Assembly (NCBI GenBank): GCA_017613735.1
Contig: JAGADF010000012.1
Coordinates: 3,253-67,252 of the forward strand
From: Clostridia bacterium
Lineage (GTDB): Bacteria > Bacillota > Clostridia > Oscillospirales > Acutalibacteraceae
Direction: 5' to 3'
Length of the DNA stretch: 64,000 nt
A model generated the notes under the pieces. It saw nothing but the letters and a program-made list of their open reading frames with translations, had not been told where the DNA came from and made no database searches. A program made the position numbers and the translations under genes. Positions 8,985-17,735 of this stretch are shown here, piece after piece (position 1 is the first letter of the stretch; every line of letters starts with the position of its first letter).

Positions 8985-9233
8985 ATGAATAAGATAACGG
9001 TAAAAATTGACGGAATGATGTGCGGTATGTGCGAGGCGCATATCTGCGACACGATAAGGCGGGAATTCCCCGACGCGAAAAAGGTTTCAGCTTCAAAAAG
9101 CAAAAAGCAGGCAAGCTTTGTTGTTGAGGAATCAATTGACGAAGCAAAGCTGAAAAAGGCAATAGACGCGACAGGTTATACCTTTGTTTCCCTCATAAGC
9201 GAGGAATACAAAAAGCGCGGTCTGTTTAATTAA
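8985..9233 (+). CDS. heavy-metal-associated (HMA) domain protein, CopZ-like metallochaperone
   Basis: ATG at 8985 follows GAGAGGAG. It carries the GMMCGMCEAH (GMxCxxC) metal-binding motif and is about 82 aa. Confidence 0.85.
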   Translation: MNKITVKIDGMMCGMCEAHICDTIRREFPDAKKVSASKSKKQASFVVEESIDEAKLKKAIDATGYTFVSLISEEYKKRGLFN

Positions 9234-9274
9234 TAAAAAAAGAACCGATGCATTTGAGCATCGGTTCTTTTTTA
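9234..9274. terminator. bidirectional intrinsic terminator
   Basis: Perfect 11-bp stem AGAACCGATGC / GCATCGGTTCT is flanked by an A-run and a T-run. It sits between convergent genes. Confidence 0.8.
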
Positions 9275-9285
9275 TGATTATTCTG

Positions 9286-9861
9286 TTACTGAACGAATTC
9301 AAACTTGTCTATTATGCTTACAACCTCTTCAACGGTCTTGTTGTAGATGCGTTTGCCAAGCTCGACAAAATCCTCGTCGTTACTCTCGTCGTCGTCGCGG
9401 TCGCAGAGCTTTTTAAAGGTTTTGCCTATCGCGTCGGCAGAGGTCGGGCCCTCGCGGACTGCGAGCGAATAAAAGCTGAATTCGGGGCCGTCCGAAAGGT
9501 CGTTGTAAACGTCGCGGGTTTCCGAAATCTTATCGTAAAAGGAATTGACCGCCGTGTTTGAAAGAAGCGCCGCGGGAAGACGGTGGCTTAAGCACCACTG
9601 AGCCGAGAAAACTATGAGTATTCTGACCTGGTCCATAGAATACTTGGTTTTCGGGACCTTGCCGACGGCTGAAGCGATATGCTTATTAATCTCCTCGTCA
9701 TTAAGGAAGATTTCCGCAAGGTAAACGCCTAATTTACGCGCCTTTTCGGTATTGCCGTTGGCGCGCTGACGGTTGACCTGCTCTAAAAGAAGAGCGGCCT
9801 CGTTTTTGTCGTCAACCTGGGATTTGCCGAATATTTTAATGTCGCTGTCGTCGTTGAACAT
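9286..9861 (-). CDS. hypothetical protein, 191 aa, acidic, no family recognised
   Basis: Clean ORF starting 8 nt downstream of the PHP gene stop on the same strand. No motif could be assigned. Confidence 0.55.
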   Translation of the reverse strand: MFNDDSDIKIFGKSQVDDKNEAALLLEQVNRQRANGNTEKARKLGVYLAEIFLNDEEINKHIASAVGKVPKTKYSMDQVRILIVFSAQWCLSHRLPAALLSNTAVNSFYDKISETRDVYNDLSDGPEFSFYSLAVREGPTSADAIGKTFKKLCDRDDDESNDEDFVELGKRIYNKTVEEVVSIIDKFEFVQ

Positions 9862-9868
9862 TTTGTTT

Positions 9869-10789
9869 TCAGCCCTCCGCTGTCTGTTCTTCTTCCTGCC
9901 TTGCGGCTTCCTGGGCGGCTGCCTTTGCCGCCGCTTCGGCTTTCTTTTTAAGGCGTTTCTGTCTCGCCTTGTAGTTTATAAGCTTAGTAAGGTTTTCGTC
10001 GGGCATTTCGCAGTCGCCGACGGAAACGGGGTATTTATTGTAAAGACCGTGGAATTCGCTTCCGCCCGTAGTGACAAGCTTGTTCTTTGCGGCGAATTTT
10101 TTGAGGATTTCTCTGTCTTCGTCGGTGTTGTACGGCGACCAAACCTCGACGCCGTCAAGTCCCTGGGAAAGAAGCTTGTCCAGAAGCTCCATATTACCGT
10201 GCTTCGACGGGTGAGCGAGTACCGCAACGCCGCCTGCCGCGTGAATGGCTTCGATTACCTCGGCGGTGTCGGGATAAGCGGGCTTGGGGATTATATTGTT
10301 TTCGCTTTCGGGATTAAAAAGCTCTTCATAGACGTCGCCGTAAATGGTGGTGGCGAAGCCGCATTCAACGAGCGCGCGCATAATATGCTGTTTATAAAGG
10401 CTCGTCGAACCTGACGCGCACGCGGTCATAAAGTCAAGCGAAATTGGGTAACGCTTGGCAACGTGAAGCATCATATAGTGCGCTTCCTTACGTCTTATAA
10501 GGGTGTTCTTATGGCACAGCCCCTCAAGGCGGTCGGGAGCGTCCGCAAGGTAGCACAGAAGATGACAGAGCCTGCCGCTTTCTTTTTCGGTTGCGGAAAG
10601 CTCGACACAGTGAATTACCTGAACGCCGTGTCTCGCGCCGATTATCTTACCTCTGCCCGCGCCCGCCATACAGTCATGGTCGGTGATGGCAATGGTATTA
10701 ATTCCTCTCTTTTTAGCCAATACAATAATTTCTTCAATTCCAAGAGAACCATTAGATAATTTTGTGTGGCAATGTAAGTCTACGCTCAT
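9869..10789 (-). CDS. PHP-domain metal-dependent phosphoesterase (TrpH/YciV-like)
   Basis: VDLHCHTKLSNGS and AITDHDCMAG are PHP motifs. ATG at 10789 follows AAAGGGGA. The C-terminal tail is Lys/Ala/Glu-rich. Confidence 0.8.
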   Translation of the reverse strand: MSVDLHCHTKLSNGSLGIEEIIVLAKKRGINTIAITDHDCMAGAGRGKIIGARHGVQVIHCVELSATEKESGRLCHLLCYLADAPDRLEGLCHKNTLIRRKEAHYMMLHVAKRYPISLDFMTACASGSTSLYKQHIMRALVECGFATTIYGDVYEELFNPESENNIIPKPAYPDTAEVIEAIHAAGGVAVLAHPSKHGNMELLDKLLSQGLDGVEVWSPYNTDEDREILKKFAAKNKLVTTGGSEFHGLYNKYPVSVGDCEMPDENLTKLINYKARQKRLKKKAEAAAKAAAQEAARQEEEQTAEG

Positions 10790-11059
10790 AAAATCCCCTT
10801 TCTTAAATCCCAAAACAAGTGCATAGTACAGGCATTGCTTGATTTCCGGCTGAAATATGCCGAAAATCCCCTAATTTACATAATAATTATCTTTATTATA
10901 CAACAAGATTTTTCATTTTGCAAGCATAAAATTATGTATATTATCAAATTGAATGTTAAAAGTCAATATAAAAAGACATATATAATTATTTTTGTTAAGG
11001 TTGCAAGAAATTTAATGCCGAAAAATGTGTATAGTGGAGAATTTCATAGGACGTTTCTA

Positions 11060-11088
11060 TTGACAATCAAATGGAATTAATATAAACT
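11060..11088 (+). promoter_or_regulatory. candidate sigma-A promoter for glyQS
   Basis: TTGACA at 11060..11065, a 17-nt spacer, and TAAACT at 11083..11088 (TATAAA is also possible at 11081). Confidence 0.45.
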
Positions 11089-11125
11089 CTATTAGTAATT
11101 TATTTATAGAGGAATGGAATAAGTA

Positions 11126-12508
11126 ATGAATAATACCGAAAAGACAATGGACAAAATCACCGCGCTGTGTAAAACAAGGGGCTTTATCTTCCCCGGCAGC
11201 GATATTTACGGCGGACTTGCAAACACCTGGGATTACGGTCCTCTCGGCGCAAGGCTTAAAAATAACGTCAAGGACACCTGGAGAAAGCGTTTTATTCAGG
11301 AAATAAGAAACAGCTTTGAGGTTGACGCCGATATTCTTATGCACCCGAGAGTATGGGAGGCAAGCGGTCACGTAGCTTCGTTCTCCGACCCGCTTCTTGA
11401 CTGTAAGGAATGTAAAATGCGTTTCCGTGCGGACAACCTTATCGACGACTTTAATCCCGACGCTCACGCCGACGGTATGACCAAGGAAGAGATGTTCGAT
11501 TATATCAAGGCTCATTCGATTCCCTGCCCGAACTGCGGCAAGCATAATTTTACCGATATACGCGAATTCAATCTTATGTTCCAGACCTTCAGGGGCGTTA
11601 CGAACAACGCTAAAAGCGTTATATATCTTCGTCCCGAAAACGCTCAGGGCGAATATGTAAATTTCCTTAACGTCCAGCGTACTATGAGAGCCAAGCTTCC
11701 CTTCTCCATAGGTCAGATAGGCAAGGCTTTCAGAAACGAAATCACGCCCGGTAATTTTACGTTCAGAACGATTGAATTTGAACAGATGGAATTCCAGACA
11801 TTCTGCAAAGAGGGCGACGACACCGAGCTTTACGATTATTTCAAGGAATACGGCAAGAAGTACTATATCGACCTTGGTATTCCCGAAGAGCACCTTCGTT
11901 TCCACGACCACGAAAAGCTCGCCCACTACGCTAAGGCGGCTTGCGATATAGAATTCCTTTTCCCGTTCGGCTGGGGCGAAATCAACGGCACTCATAACAG
12001 AACCGATTTCGACCTTACCCGCCATCAGGAATATTCGGGTCAGAAGATGGAATATCTTGACCCCGAAACAAATGAAAAATTCATTCCCTATATCGTTGAA
12101 AGCACTTACGGACTTGACAGAACGGTTCTCGCTCTTCTCTGCGAAGCCTATGATGAGGAGACAATCGACGAGGAAAAGGGCGACGTAAGAGTTGTTCTTC
12201 ACTTGAATCCCGCCATTGCTCCCTTTAAGGCCGCCGTTCTTCCCCTTTCGAAAAAGCTTTCGGACAACGCCTTGAACGAGGTTTACGATAAAATCAAGGG
12301 CTCGTTTATGGTTGATTTCGACGAGACGGGCTCAATAGGCAAGCGTTACCGCAGACAGGATGAAATAGGCACTCCGTTCTGTATCACTTATGACTTTGAT
12401 TCGGTTGAAGATGGCTGCGTTACGGTACGCGAAAGAGATTCAATGGAGCAGGTGAGACTTCCCATAGACGAAATCGAAGCCTATATTTCCGAAAAAATCA
12501 GGTTCTGA
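11126..12508 (+). CDS. glyQS: glycine--tRNA ligase (dimeric class II type)
   Basis: The N-terminus RGFIFPGSDIYGGLANTWDYGPLG and the 460-aa length are typical of GlyQS. Confidence 0.95.
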   Translation: MNNTEKTMDKITALCKTRGFIFPGSDIYGGLANTWDYGPLGARLKNNVKDTWRKRFIQEIRNSFEVDADILMHPRVWEASGHVASFSDPLLDCKECKMRFRADNLIDDFNPDAHADGMTKEEMFDYIKAHSIPCPNCGKHNFTDIREFNLMFQTFRGVTNNAKSVIYLRPENAQGEYVNFLNVQRTMRAKLPFSIGQIGKAFRNEITPGNFTFRTIEFEQMEFQTFCKEGDDTELYDYFKEYGKKYYIDLGIPEEHLRFHDHEKLAHYAKAACDIEFLFPFGWGEINGTHNRTDFDLTRHQEYSGQKMEYLDPETNEKFIPYIVESTYGLDRTVLALLCEAYDEETIDEEKGDVRVVLHLNPAIAPFKAAVLPLSKKLSDNALNEVYDKIKGSFMVDFDETGSIGKRYRRQDEIGTPFCITYDFDSVEDGCVTVRERDSMEQVRLPIDEIEAYISEKIRF

Positions 12509-12522
12509 TAATTTCTAAAATA

Positions 12523-12557
12523 CCGCTGATACCCGAAAGAGTATCAGCGGCTTTTTT
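12523..12557. terminator. bidirectional intrinsic terminator
   Basis: CCGCTGATAC / GTATCAGCGG 10-bp stem followed by TTTTTT, between convergent glyQS and the M23 gene. Confidence 0.8.
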
Positions 12558-13209
12558 ATTGTATTATGTCAATCGGATTTATAAGCACGCCGCCTGAGCG
12601 TATTTCAAGGTGAATATGGCTTTTTTCGCTTTCAATCGGTATTGCACCGACAGTGCCTATCTTTTCGCCCGACTTAACCTTGTCGCCCTTGTCAACGGAC
12701 GTGTTTTCGTTGAGCCCGCAGTATTTGGCGGTAACGCGGTTTCCGTGGTCGATTTCAATAACCATGCCCCAAAGCGCGTCGGAGTAAACGGCGGTTACAA
12801 TGCCGTTGTTTATTGCCTTTACATCGGCGTCCTTTTCGGCGGCAAAATCCGTTCCGTTATGGGTTCTGTAGTCGTTTGTCCGCTCGTTTTTTATAAGCTC
12901 GCCGTTTGAATAGTGGCTTAAAACCTTTCCGTCAACGGGTGAAACAAAGTAATCGAGCGGTTTAAAAAGGGTTGTTTCTTCCGTAGTGTTTTCTCTTGTA
13001 TCGGGAACATTTGTAACGGGAATGTCGACTGATTTTACCGTTCTCGGCTTGGTTGTCGTCAAAGCGGTTTTTTCGGAGCTTAAAGTATCGCCCATAAGCC
13101 GTCTTGCGGTTTGCGACGTCCTCCAGGCGGTAAGTGAAAAAGCGAGCACGAGAAACAGAATGCAAAGATAAGCAATTCTTCCCTTTTCGGAAATCTTTAT
13201 TTTTTTCAT
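12556..13209 (-). CDS. membrane-anchored M23 (LytM-type) zinc metallopeptidase
   Basis: ATG at 13209 follows GGGAGG. It has an N-terminal TM helix (AYLCILFLVLAFSL), HNGTD (HxxxD) and SHIHLE (HxH). Confidence 0.85.
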   Translation of the reverse strand: MKKIKISEKGRIAYLCILFLVLAFSLTAWRTSQTARRLMGDTLSSEKTALTTTKPRTVKSVDIPVTNVPDTRENTTEETTLFKPLDYFVSPVDGKVLSHYSNGELIKNERTNDYRTHNGTDFAAEKDADVKAINNGIVTAVYSDALWGMVIEIDHGNRVTAKYCGLNENTSVDKGDKVKSGEKIGTVGAIPIESEKSHIHLEIRSGGVLINPIDIIQ

Positions 13210-13279
13210 AGACCAACCTCCCTTTGAGATTAGTTTTGACCTGAATGGAATATTTATGCAAAAAAATTTGATATTTTTG

Positions 13280-13293
13280 TGAACAAATGTTTG
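13280..13293. promoter_or_regulatory. LexA (Cheo) box, imperfect: TGAACAAATGTTTG
   Basis: It matches the CGAAC-N4-GTTCG consensus at 8 of 10 defined positions. It overlaps the lexA -35 and lies in the divergent spacer. Confidence 0.6.
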
Positions 13294-13319
13294 CTTTTTT
13301 GAAAAATATGTGTTATAAT
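13291..13319 (+). promoter_or_regulatory. lexA promoter (TTGCTT-17 nt-TGtTATAAT)
   Basis: -35 at 13291..13296 and an extended -10 with TATAAT at 13314..13319. Confidence 0.6.
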
Positions 13320-13362
13320 GACCTAAAGGCAGATGCATTTTAACTTTTTATGAGGTGATAAA

Positions 13363-13947
13363 ATGACAGATACCCAGAAAAAGATATACGATTTTTTATT
13401 AGAGAGAAGTCAGACCAACGGCGTTCCGCCCTCAGTGCGTGAAATCGGCGCGGCGGTCGGTTTAAGCTCGACCTCGTCCGTTCAGGCGAATCTTGACGCG
13501 CTTGAAAGCGCGGGGCTTATTGAGCGTGACCCGATGCTTAAAAGGTCAATAAGAATTGTCGGTCAGGCTGAAAATGTTATAAGCGTTCCTCTGCTGGGAA
13601 CCGTTGCCGCCGGTCAGCCTATTTTAGCGGTTGAACAGGCGGAGGATTACCTTCCCTATAACGGAAGAGTTTCAAAAGACAAACCTCTTTTCGCGCTTAA
13701 GGTTAAGGGCGAAAGTATGCTCTGGGCGGGTATTCTTGACGGCGATATTGTCTTCGCCGAAAGAACTCCGGTCGCGTCAAACGGCGAAATGGTTGTCGCG
13801 CTTGTCGGCGACGAAGCCACGGTCAAGACCTTTTATAAAGAAAAGGGCCATTTCCGTCTTCAGCCTGAAAACGACGCGTTTGAACCCATTATTGTAGACG
13901 AGGTAACAATCCTCGGCAAGGTTGTTGCGGTGCTTCGCTATTATTGA
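13363..13947 (+). CDS. lexA: LexA transcriptional repressor / autopeptidase
   Basis: Winged-helix N-terminus (PPSVREIGAAVGLSSTS), a VAAGQP cleavage region, and S24 peptidase motifs (VKGESM ... ATVKTF). Confidence 0.95.
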   Translation: MTDTQKKIYDFLLERSQTNGVPPSVREIGAAVGLSSTSSVQANLDALESAGLIERDPMLKRSIRIVGQAENVISVPLLGTVAAGQPILAVEQAEDYLPYNGRVSKDKPLFALKVKGESMLWAGILDGDIVFAERTPVASNGEMVVALVGDEATVKTFYKEKGHFRLQPENDAFEPIIVDEVTILGKVVAVLRYY

Positions 13948-13949
13948 TT

Positions 13950-14789
13950 ATGAAAAAGCTCAATTTCGGCGCCGCGGTAGGCTTTGCCGGCGCGGCGGTC
14001 AATCTGGGGCTTTTTCTTGTAAAGCTTTCTGTCGCGCTTTCAAGTAACAGCCTCAGCATATATCTTGACTCGGTAAATAACGCAATGGATTCGCTGGTCT
14101 GTGTCGGCGCAGGCGTCGGCTTTATTATCGCCGCGAAAAAATCAACGGAAAAATACCCCTTCGGTTTCGGAAAAACGGAAGGGGTTGTAAGTTTTTTAAT
14201 ATCAGTTATAATATTAGTTACGGGAGCGTCGTTTTTATATTCGTCAATCGGGCGTATGATGTATCCGCTTCCGATATGGTATACGGCAAGGCGCGCGGTG
14301 ATTTTGCTTCTTACCGTTCTCGTAAAGCTCGGTTTGCTAGCGTTTTACAGATGGGCGTCGAAAAAGCAGCCCTCGGCGGTTTTCGGCTCGCTGGGACTTG
14401 ACAGCATACTCGACTTTTTTATCACTTTCTGTTCGCTTTGTGCTCTCGTCCTGTCCGAAAAAACGGGACTTTCGCTTGACGGAATTGCGGGGCTTGTCAT
14501 CAGCCTCATTCTTATCGTTCAGGGCGTAAAATTCGTAAGGGATTCGCTCGGCGTTCTTTTAGGCAGGCGCGATGACGGGCTTTGCGAAAGAATCGGAAAC
14601 GCCGTTTCGGGCGTCGACGGGGTAACGGGCGTTCAAAGCGTTCAGTGCCACGTTTACGGCAAAAGAACGGTCGCCGATATCGTTATCGAAACCGAAAATG
14701 CGGCCGTTTCAAAGGAACTCATTGAAAAAATAAAGGAAAACATCAACGAAGAAAATATAAGCGATATTTATATAAATATTGGGGGTTAG
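13950..14789 (+). CDS. cation diffusion facilitator (CDF) family transporter
   Basis: Six TM helices, LDSVNNAMDS and GLDSILDF in the TM2/TM5 positions, KYPFGFGKTE, and a C-terminal cytoplasmic domain. Confidence 0.7.
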   Translation: MKKLNFGAAVGFAGAAVNLGLFLVKLSVALSSNSLSIYLDSVNNAMDSLVCVGAGVGFIIAAKKSTEKYPFGFGKTEGVVSFLISVIILVTGASFLYSSIGRMMYPLPIWYTARRAVILLLTVLVKLGLLAFYRWASKKQPSAVFGSLGLDSILDFFITFCSLCALVLSEKTGLSLDGIAGLVISLILIVQGVKFVRDSLGVLLGRRDDGLCERIGNAVSGVDGVTGVQSVQCHVYGKRTVADIVIETENAAVSKELIEKIKENINEENISDIYINIGG

Positions 14790-14792
14790 TTT

Positions 14793-16127
14793 ATGGAAAC
14801 GACTCAGGAAAAGGTTGTCGGCTCCGCCGAAGAGGAAAAAGCGCGGAAAAAGTCTGTAAAAAAGGCTAAAAGGCGCAAAAGGGCAAAAAGATTTTTCATC
14901 GGCTTTGTTGCCATTGTTCTTGCCGTTATCATTCTTACCGCGGTTACAAATACGATTATCTATAAATCGCTTCTAAATAAGGTGCATTCCTTCAGCGCGG
15001 CTGACAGCGCCGGAATTGATTTTGAATATTACGACAACGGAAAAGCGAACATATACACCGATAACGGACTAAAGCTTCTTCAGATTACGGACGTCCATAT
15101 CGGCGCGGGCTGGATGTGCCCGAACAAGGATACTATGGCGCTCAACGCCGTTGCGGCTATGGTTACCGCCGAAAAACCCGACCTTGTTATGGTTACGGGC
15201 GACGTCGGTTATCCCGTTCCGTTCCAGGCGGGCACTATAAACAATAAAACTTCCATCACCGTTTTTGCCGAGCTTATGGAGACGCTTCAGGTTTACTGGG
15301 TTTACTGCTTCGGCAATCACGACACCGAAAGCTACAGCTTTTATTCGAGGGAAAAGATTGTTGAATACCTTGATTCCGAAAAATACCCGCACTGTCTTCT
15401 TCAGAACGGACCCGTTGATATTGACGGCAGCGGAAACCAGATTTTCAATATAATAAACTCCGACGGCGTTATCACTAGAACTCTTTTCACATTCGACTCT
15501 CACGCCTATGCGAAGGGACATATTCCCGCAATAAGACTTCGTTATGACAATCTTCATCAGAATCAGATTGACTGGTACGAAAAGAGCGTAAAAGAAATTG
15601 AGGAAAAGAATAAGGACACGATTTCTTCTCTTTCAAAGGATAAGCAGAAGGAATATAAGGCTCTGGCGAATCATGTTCCGTCAAGTATTTTTCTCCATAT
15701 TCCGCTCACGGCGTATAGGGATGCGTGGGACGAGTATCTTGACAACGGTATGAAGGACACCGAAAACGTCAGGTACAATTACGGAATTGTCGGCGAGCCT
15801 AACGACCTTATCTGCTGCGGCGCGAATGAGGACAATATGTTCGAAACAATGCTCAGGCTCGGCAGTACGGATTCGGTTTTCTGCGGTCACGACCATCTTA
15901 ACAATATTTCCTTTAACTATAAGGGAATTAATCTTACATACGGCAAAAGCATTGACTATCTCGCGTATTACGGCATTTACAAGCTCGGTTCCCAGCGCGG
16001 ATGCACGGTAATTAATATTGACGGCGACGGCAATATCGATTTCCATCCCGAAAGCTATTATCAGGACAAATACGTCTCGCCTTACGAAAAGGAAGAAGTC
16101 ACGATGCAGCAACTCGGCAATCACTGA
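14793..16127 (+). CDS. membrane-anchored calcineurin-like metallophosphoesterase
   Basis: N-terminal TM helix. Motifs ITDVHIG, VTGDVGY, GNHD and GHDH. Confidence 0.8.
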   Translation: METTQEKVVGSAEEEKARKKSVKKAKRRKRAKRFFIGFVAIVLAVIILTAVTNTIIYKSLLNKVHSFSAADSAGIDFEYYDNGKANIYTDNGLKLLQITDVHIGAGWMCPNKDTMALNAVAAMVTAEKPDLVMVTGDVGYPVPFQAGTINNKTSITVFAELMETLQVYWVYCFGNHDTESYSFYSREKIVEYLDSEKYPHCLLQNGPVDIDGSGNQIFNIINSDGVITRTLFTFDSHAYAKGHIPAIRLRYDNLHQNQIDWYEKSVKEIEEKNKDTISSLSKDKQKEYKALANHVPSSIFLHIPLTAYRDAWDEYLDNGMKDTENVRYNYGIVGEPNDLICCGANEDNMFETMLRLGSTDSVFCGHDHLNNISFNYKGINLTYGKSIDYLAYYGIYKLGSQRGCTVINIDGDGNIDFHPESYYQDKYVSPYEKEEVTMQQLGNH

Positions 16128-16147
16128 GATAATAAAACAATTAAAAA

Positions 16148-16180
16148 GGGGAGAGGTTTAACCTCTCCCCTTAATTTATT
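16148..16180. terminator. bidirectional intrinsic terminator
   Basis: GGGGAGAGG / CCTCTCCCC stem with flanking A- and T-rich runs, between convergent genes. Confidence 0.75.
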
Positions 16181-16189
16181 TAATTTTAA

Positions 16190-16714
16190 TCAGTCGTTTT
16201 CGGGTGAAAGCAGGCCGTAGCCTCCGTCCTTTCTGCGATATACTACCGAAACCTTGTCGTCCTCCGAGTTGTTGAAAAGGTAGAACTGATGTCCGAGCAT
16301 ATTCATCTGAAGAATCGCTTCTTCAACGCTTTCGGGTTTTAAGATTACTGCCTTTGTTCTTACGATTTCGAACTCGTCCTCCGCTTCTTCCGCCTCTGCG
16401 AAAAAGTCGTCGATGTTAGCGTCTCTGAGACGTCTCTCAAGCTTTGTCTTATTCTTTCTTATCTGGCGGATAAGGGAGTCAACGCAAGCGTCCAGAGCGT
16501 CTTCAAGGTCGTCGCTTCTTTCCTGCGCCCTGAAAATCATACCGCCCTTATTGAGCGTGATTTCAACAATTTTGGCGCTTTTTTCAACCGATGCGGTAAT
16601 TTTTGCTTCGGCATTTTCTCCGAAGAAACGCTCAACCTTCCTGAGCTTTTGTTCTGCCCTGTCTTTGAAAGACTGACGGGGTGTGCATTTGCGTCCTACG
16701 ATTGTAATATTCAT
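16190..16714 (-). CDS. hpf: ribosome hibernation promoting factor (long form)
   Basis: MNITIVGRK start follows AAAGGGGAT. The length is about 174 aa with an S30AE domain plus a C-terminal dimerisation domain (VSVVYRRKDGGYGLL). Confidence 0.9.
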   Translation of the reverse strand: MNITIVGRKCTPRQSFKDRAEQKLRKVERFFGENAEAKITASVEKSAKIVEITLNKGGMIFRAQERSDDLEDALDACVDSLIRQIRKNKTKLERRLRDANIDDFFAEAEEAEDEFEIVRTKAVILKPESVEEAILQMNMLGHQFYLFNNSEDDKVSVVYRRKDGGYGLLSPEND

Positions 16715-16832
16715 TATTACATCCCCTTTATATCTATTTAAAAGCAATATTCTTGCTTCATCTGTATTGTATCACTTATCAACAAAAAAATAAAGGGGAT
16801 TTTGTCTTTTTTATTAAAAATTAACAAATAAT

Positions 16833-17735
16833 TCACAATAAATTATTCATTTCGTCGGGTATAGGGCATTCAAGCTCCATTTTCGTACCTGTTACGGGAT
16901 GCGTAAAGGATATTTTTCCGCAGAAGAGAGCCTGATGCGGAATTTCTTCGCTTTCTTTTCCGTACATTCTGTCGCCCGTCAGCGGAGTGCCGAGCGAGGC
17001 GAAATGAACCCGAATCTGGTGAGTCCTGCCCGTTTCGAGTTCTATTTCAAGAAGAGTTCTTTTTCCGTCGGTTTTCAGCGCTTTCCAGTGCGTTATTGCT
17101 CTGTCGCCGCTTTCGCCGACCGCGCGAAGGGTTTTTAACGGGTCGGGACGGTAAATTGGCCTGTCTATTGTTCCGCATCCTTTGTAAACACCGTCGGCTA
17201 CGGCGTAATAGGTCTTTCTGATTTTTGCCTGCAGACGTGCCGCGCAGTGAGAATTCAGCGCGCATACGACAAGTCCGCCCGTGCCCTTATCAAGTCTTCC
17301 GACTGCCTTGAACGACGGCTGTTTTCCCTCGTTTATAAGGTGATTTACAACTGCGTTTGCAAGCGTGTCGCCCTGATGGTTATGAGTCGGGTGCATAGGC
17401 AGTAAAGCCGGCTTATTGATTATGAGCAAATCCTCGTCCTCATATATGACGTCAAGCTCGTATTCAAGCGGCTCAATTTCGTTTTTACTGTCGGGAAGAG
17501 TTACGCTTAAGGTATCGCCCGTTTTAAGCAAATCGACTGTTCTTGCGCGAATTCCGTTTAGAAGAATGCCGTCCTCATAGTGCTTAAGCGTTCGAATAAG
17601 ACGAGAGGAGAGTTTTGCCTCTCCTCTCAAATAAGCTATAACCTTTTTTCCGTCATATTCCGTCGGGATTTTATATTCAATCCGACGGCGTGAAAAATCA
17701 GTCAATGAATTTACCTCTCTGCTTGGGCTCGACAA
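16833..17735 (-). CDS. RluA-family 23S rRNA pseudouridine synthase with S4 domain
   Basis: GRLDKGTGGLVV catalytic motif and HQIRVH. The start is uncertain, and TTG at 17705 is an alternative. Confidence 0.85.
   Translation of the reverse strand: MSSPSREVNSLTDFSRRRIEYKIPTEYDGKKVIAYLRGEAKLSSRLIRTLKHYEDGILLNGIRARTVDLLKTGDTLSVTLPDSKNEIEPLEYELDVIYEDEDLLIINKPALLPMHPTHNHQGDTLANAVVNHLINEGKQPSFKAVGRLDKGTGGLVVCALNSHCAARLQAKIRKTYYAVADGVYKGCGTIDRPIYRPDPLKTLRAVGESGDRAITHWKALKTDGKRTLLEIELETGRTHQIRVHFASLGTPLTGDRMYGKESEEIPHQALFCGKISFTHPVTGTKMELECPIPDEMNNLL

Noticed and set aside
10814-11125. Possible T-box leader or small ORF (10835..11080) in the AT-rich region upstream of glyQS
   Set aside because: glyQS often has a T-box in Firmicutes. 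I see no T-box sequence (GGGTGGNACCGCG-like), no specifier stem and no terminator here. The 81-aa ORF is a low-complexity AT-rich translation without an RBS. The region is better explained as divergent promoter DNA.
11057-12202. 381-aa ORF on the minus strand
   Set aside because: It lies entirely antisense to the unmistakable glyQS coding sequence. It has no RBS, an odd composition and no recognisable motif, so it is an antisense shadow ORF.
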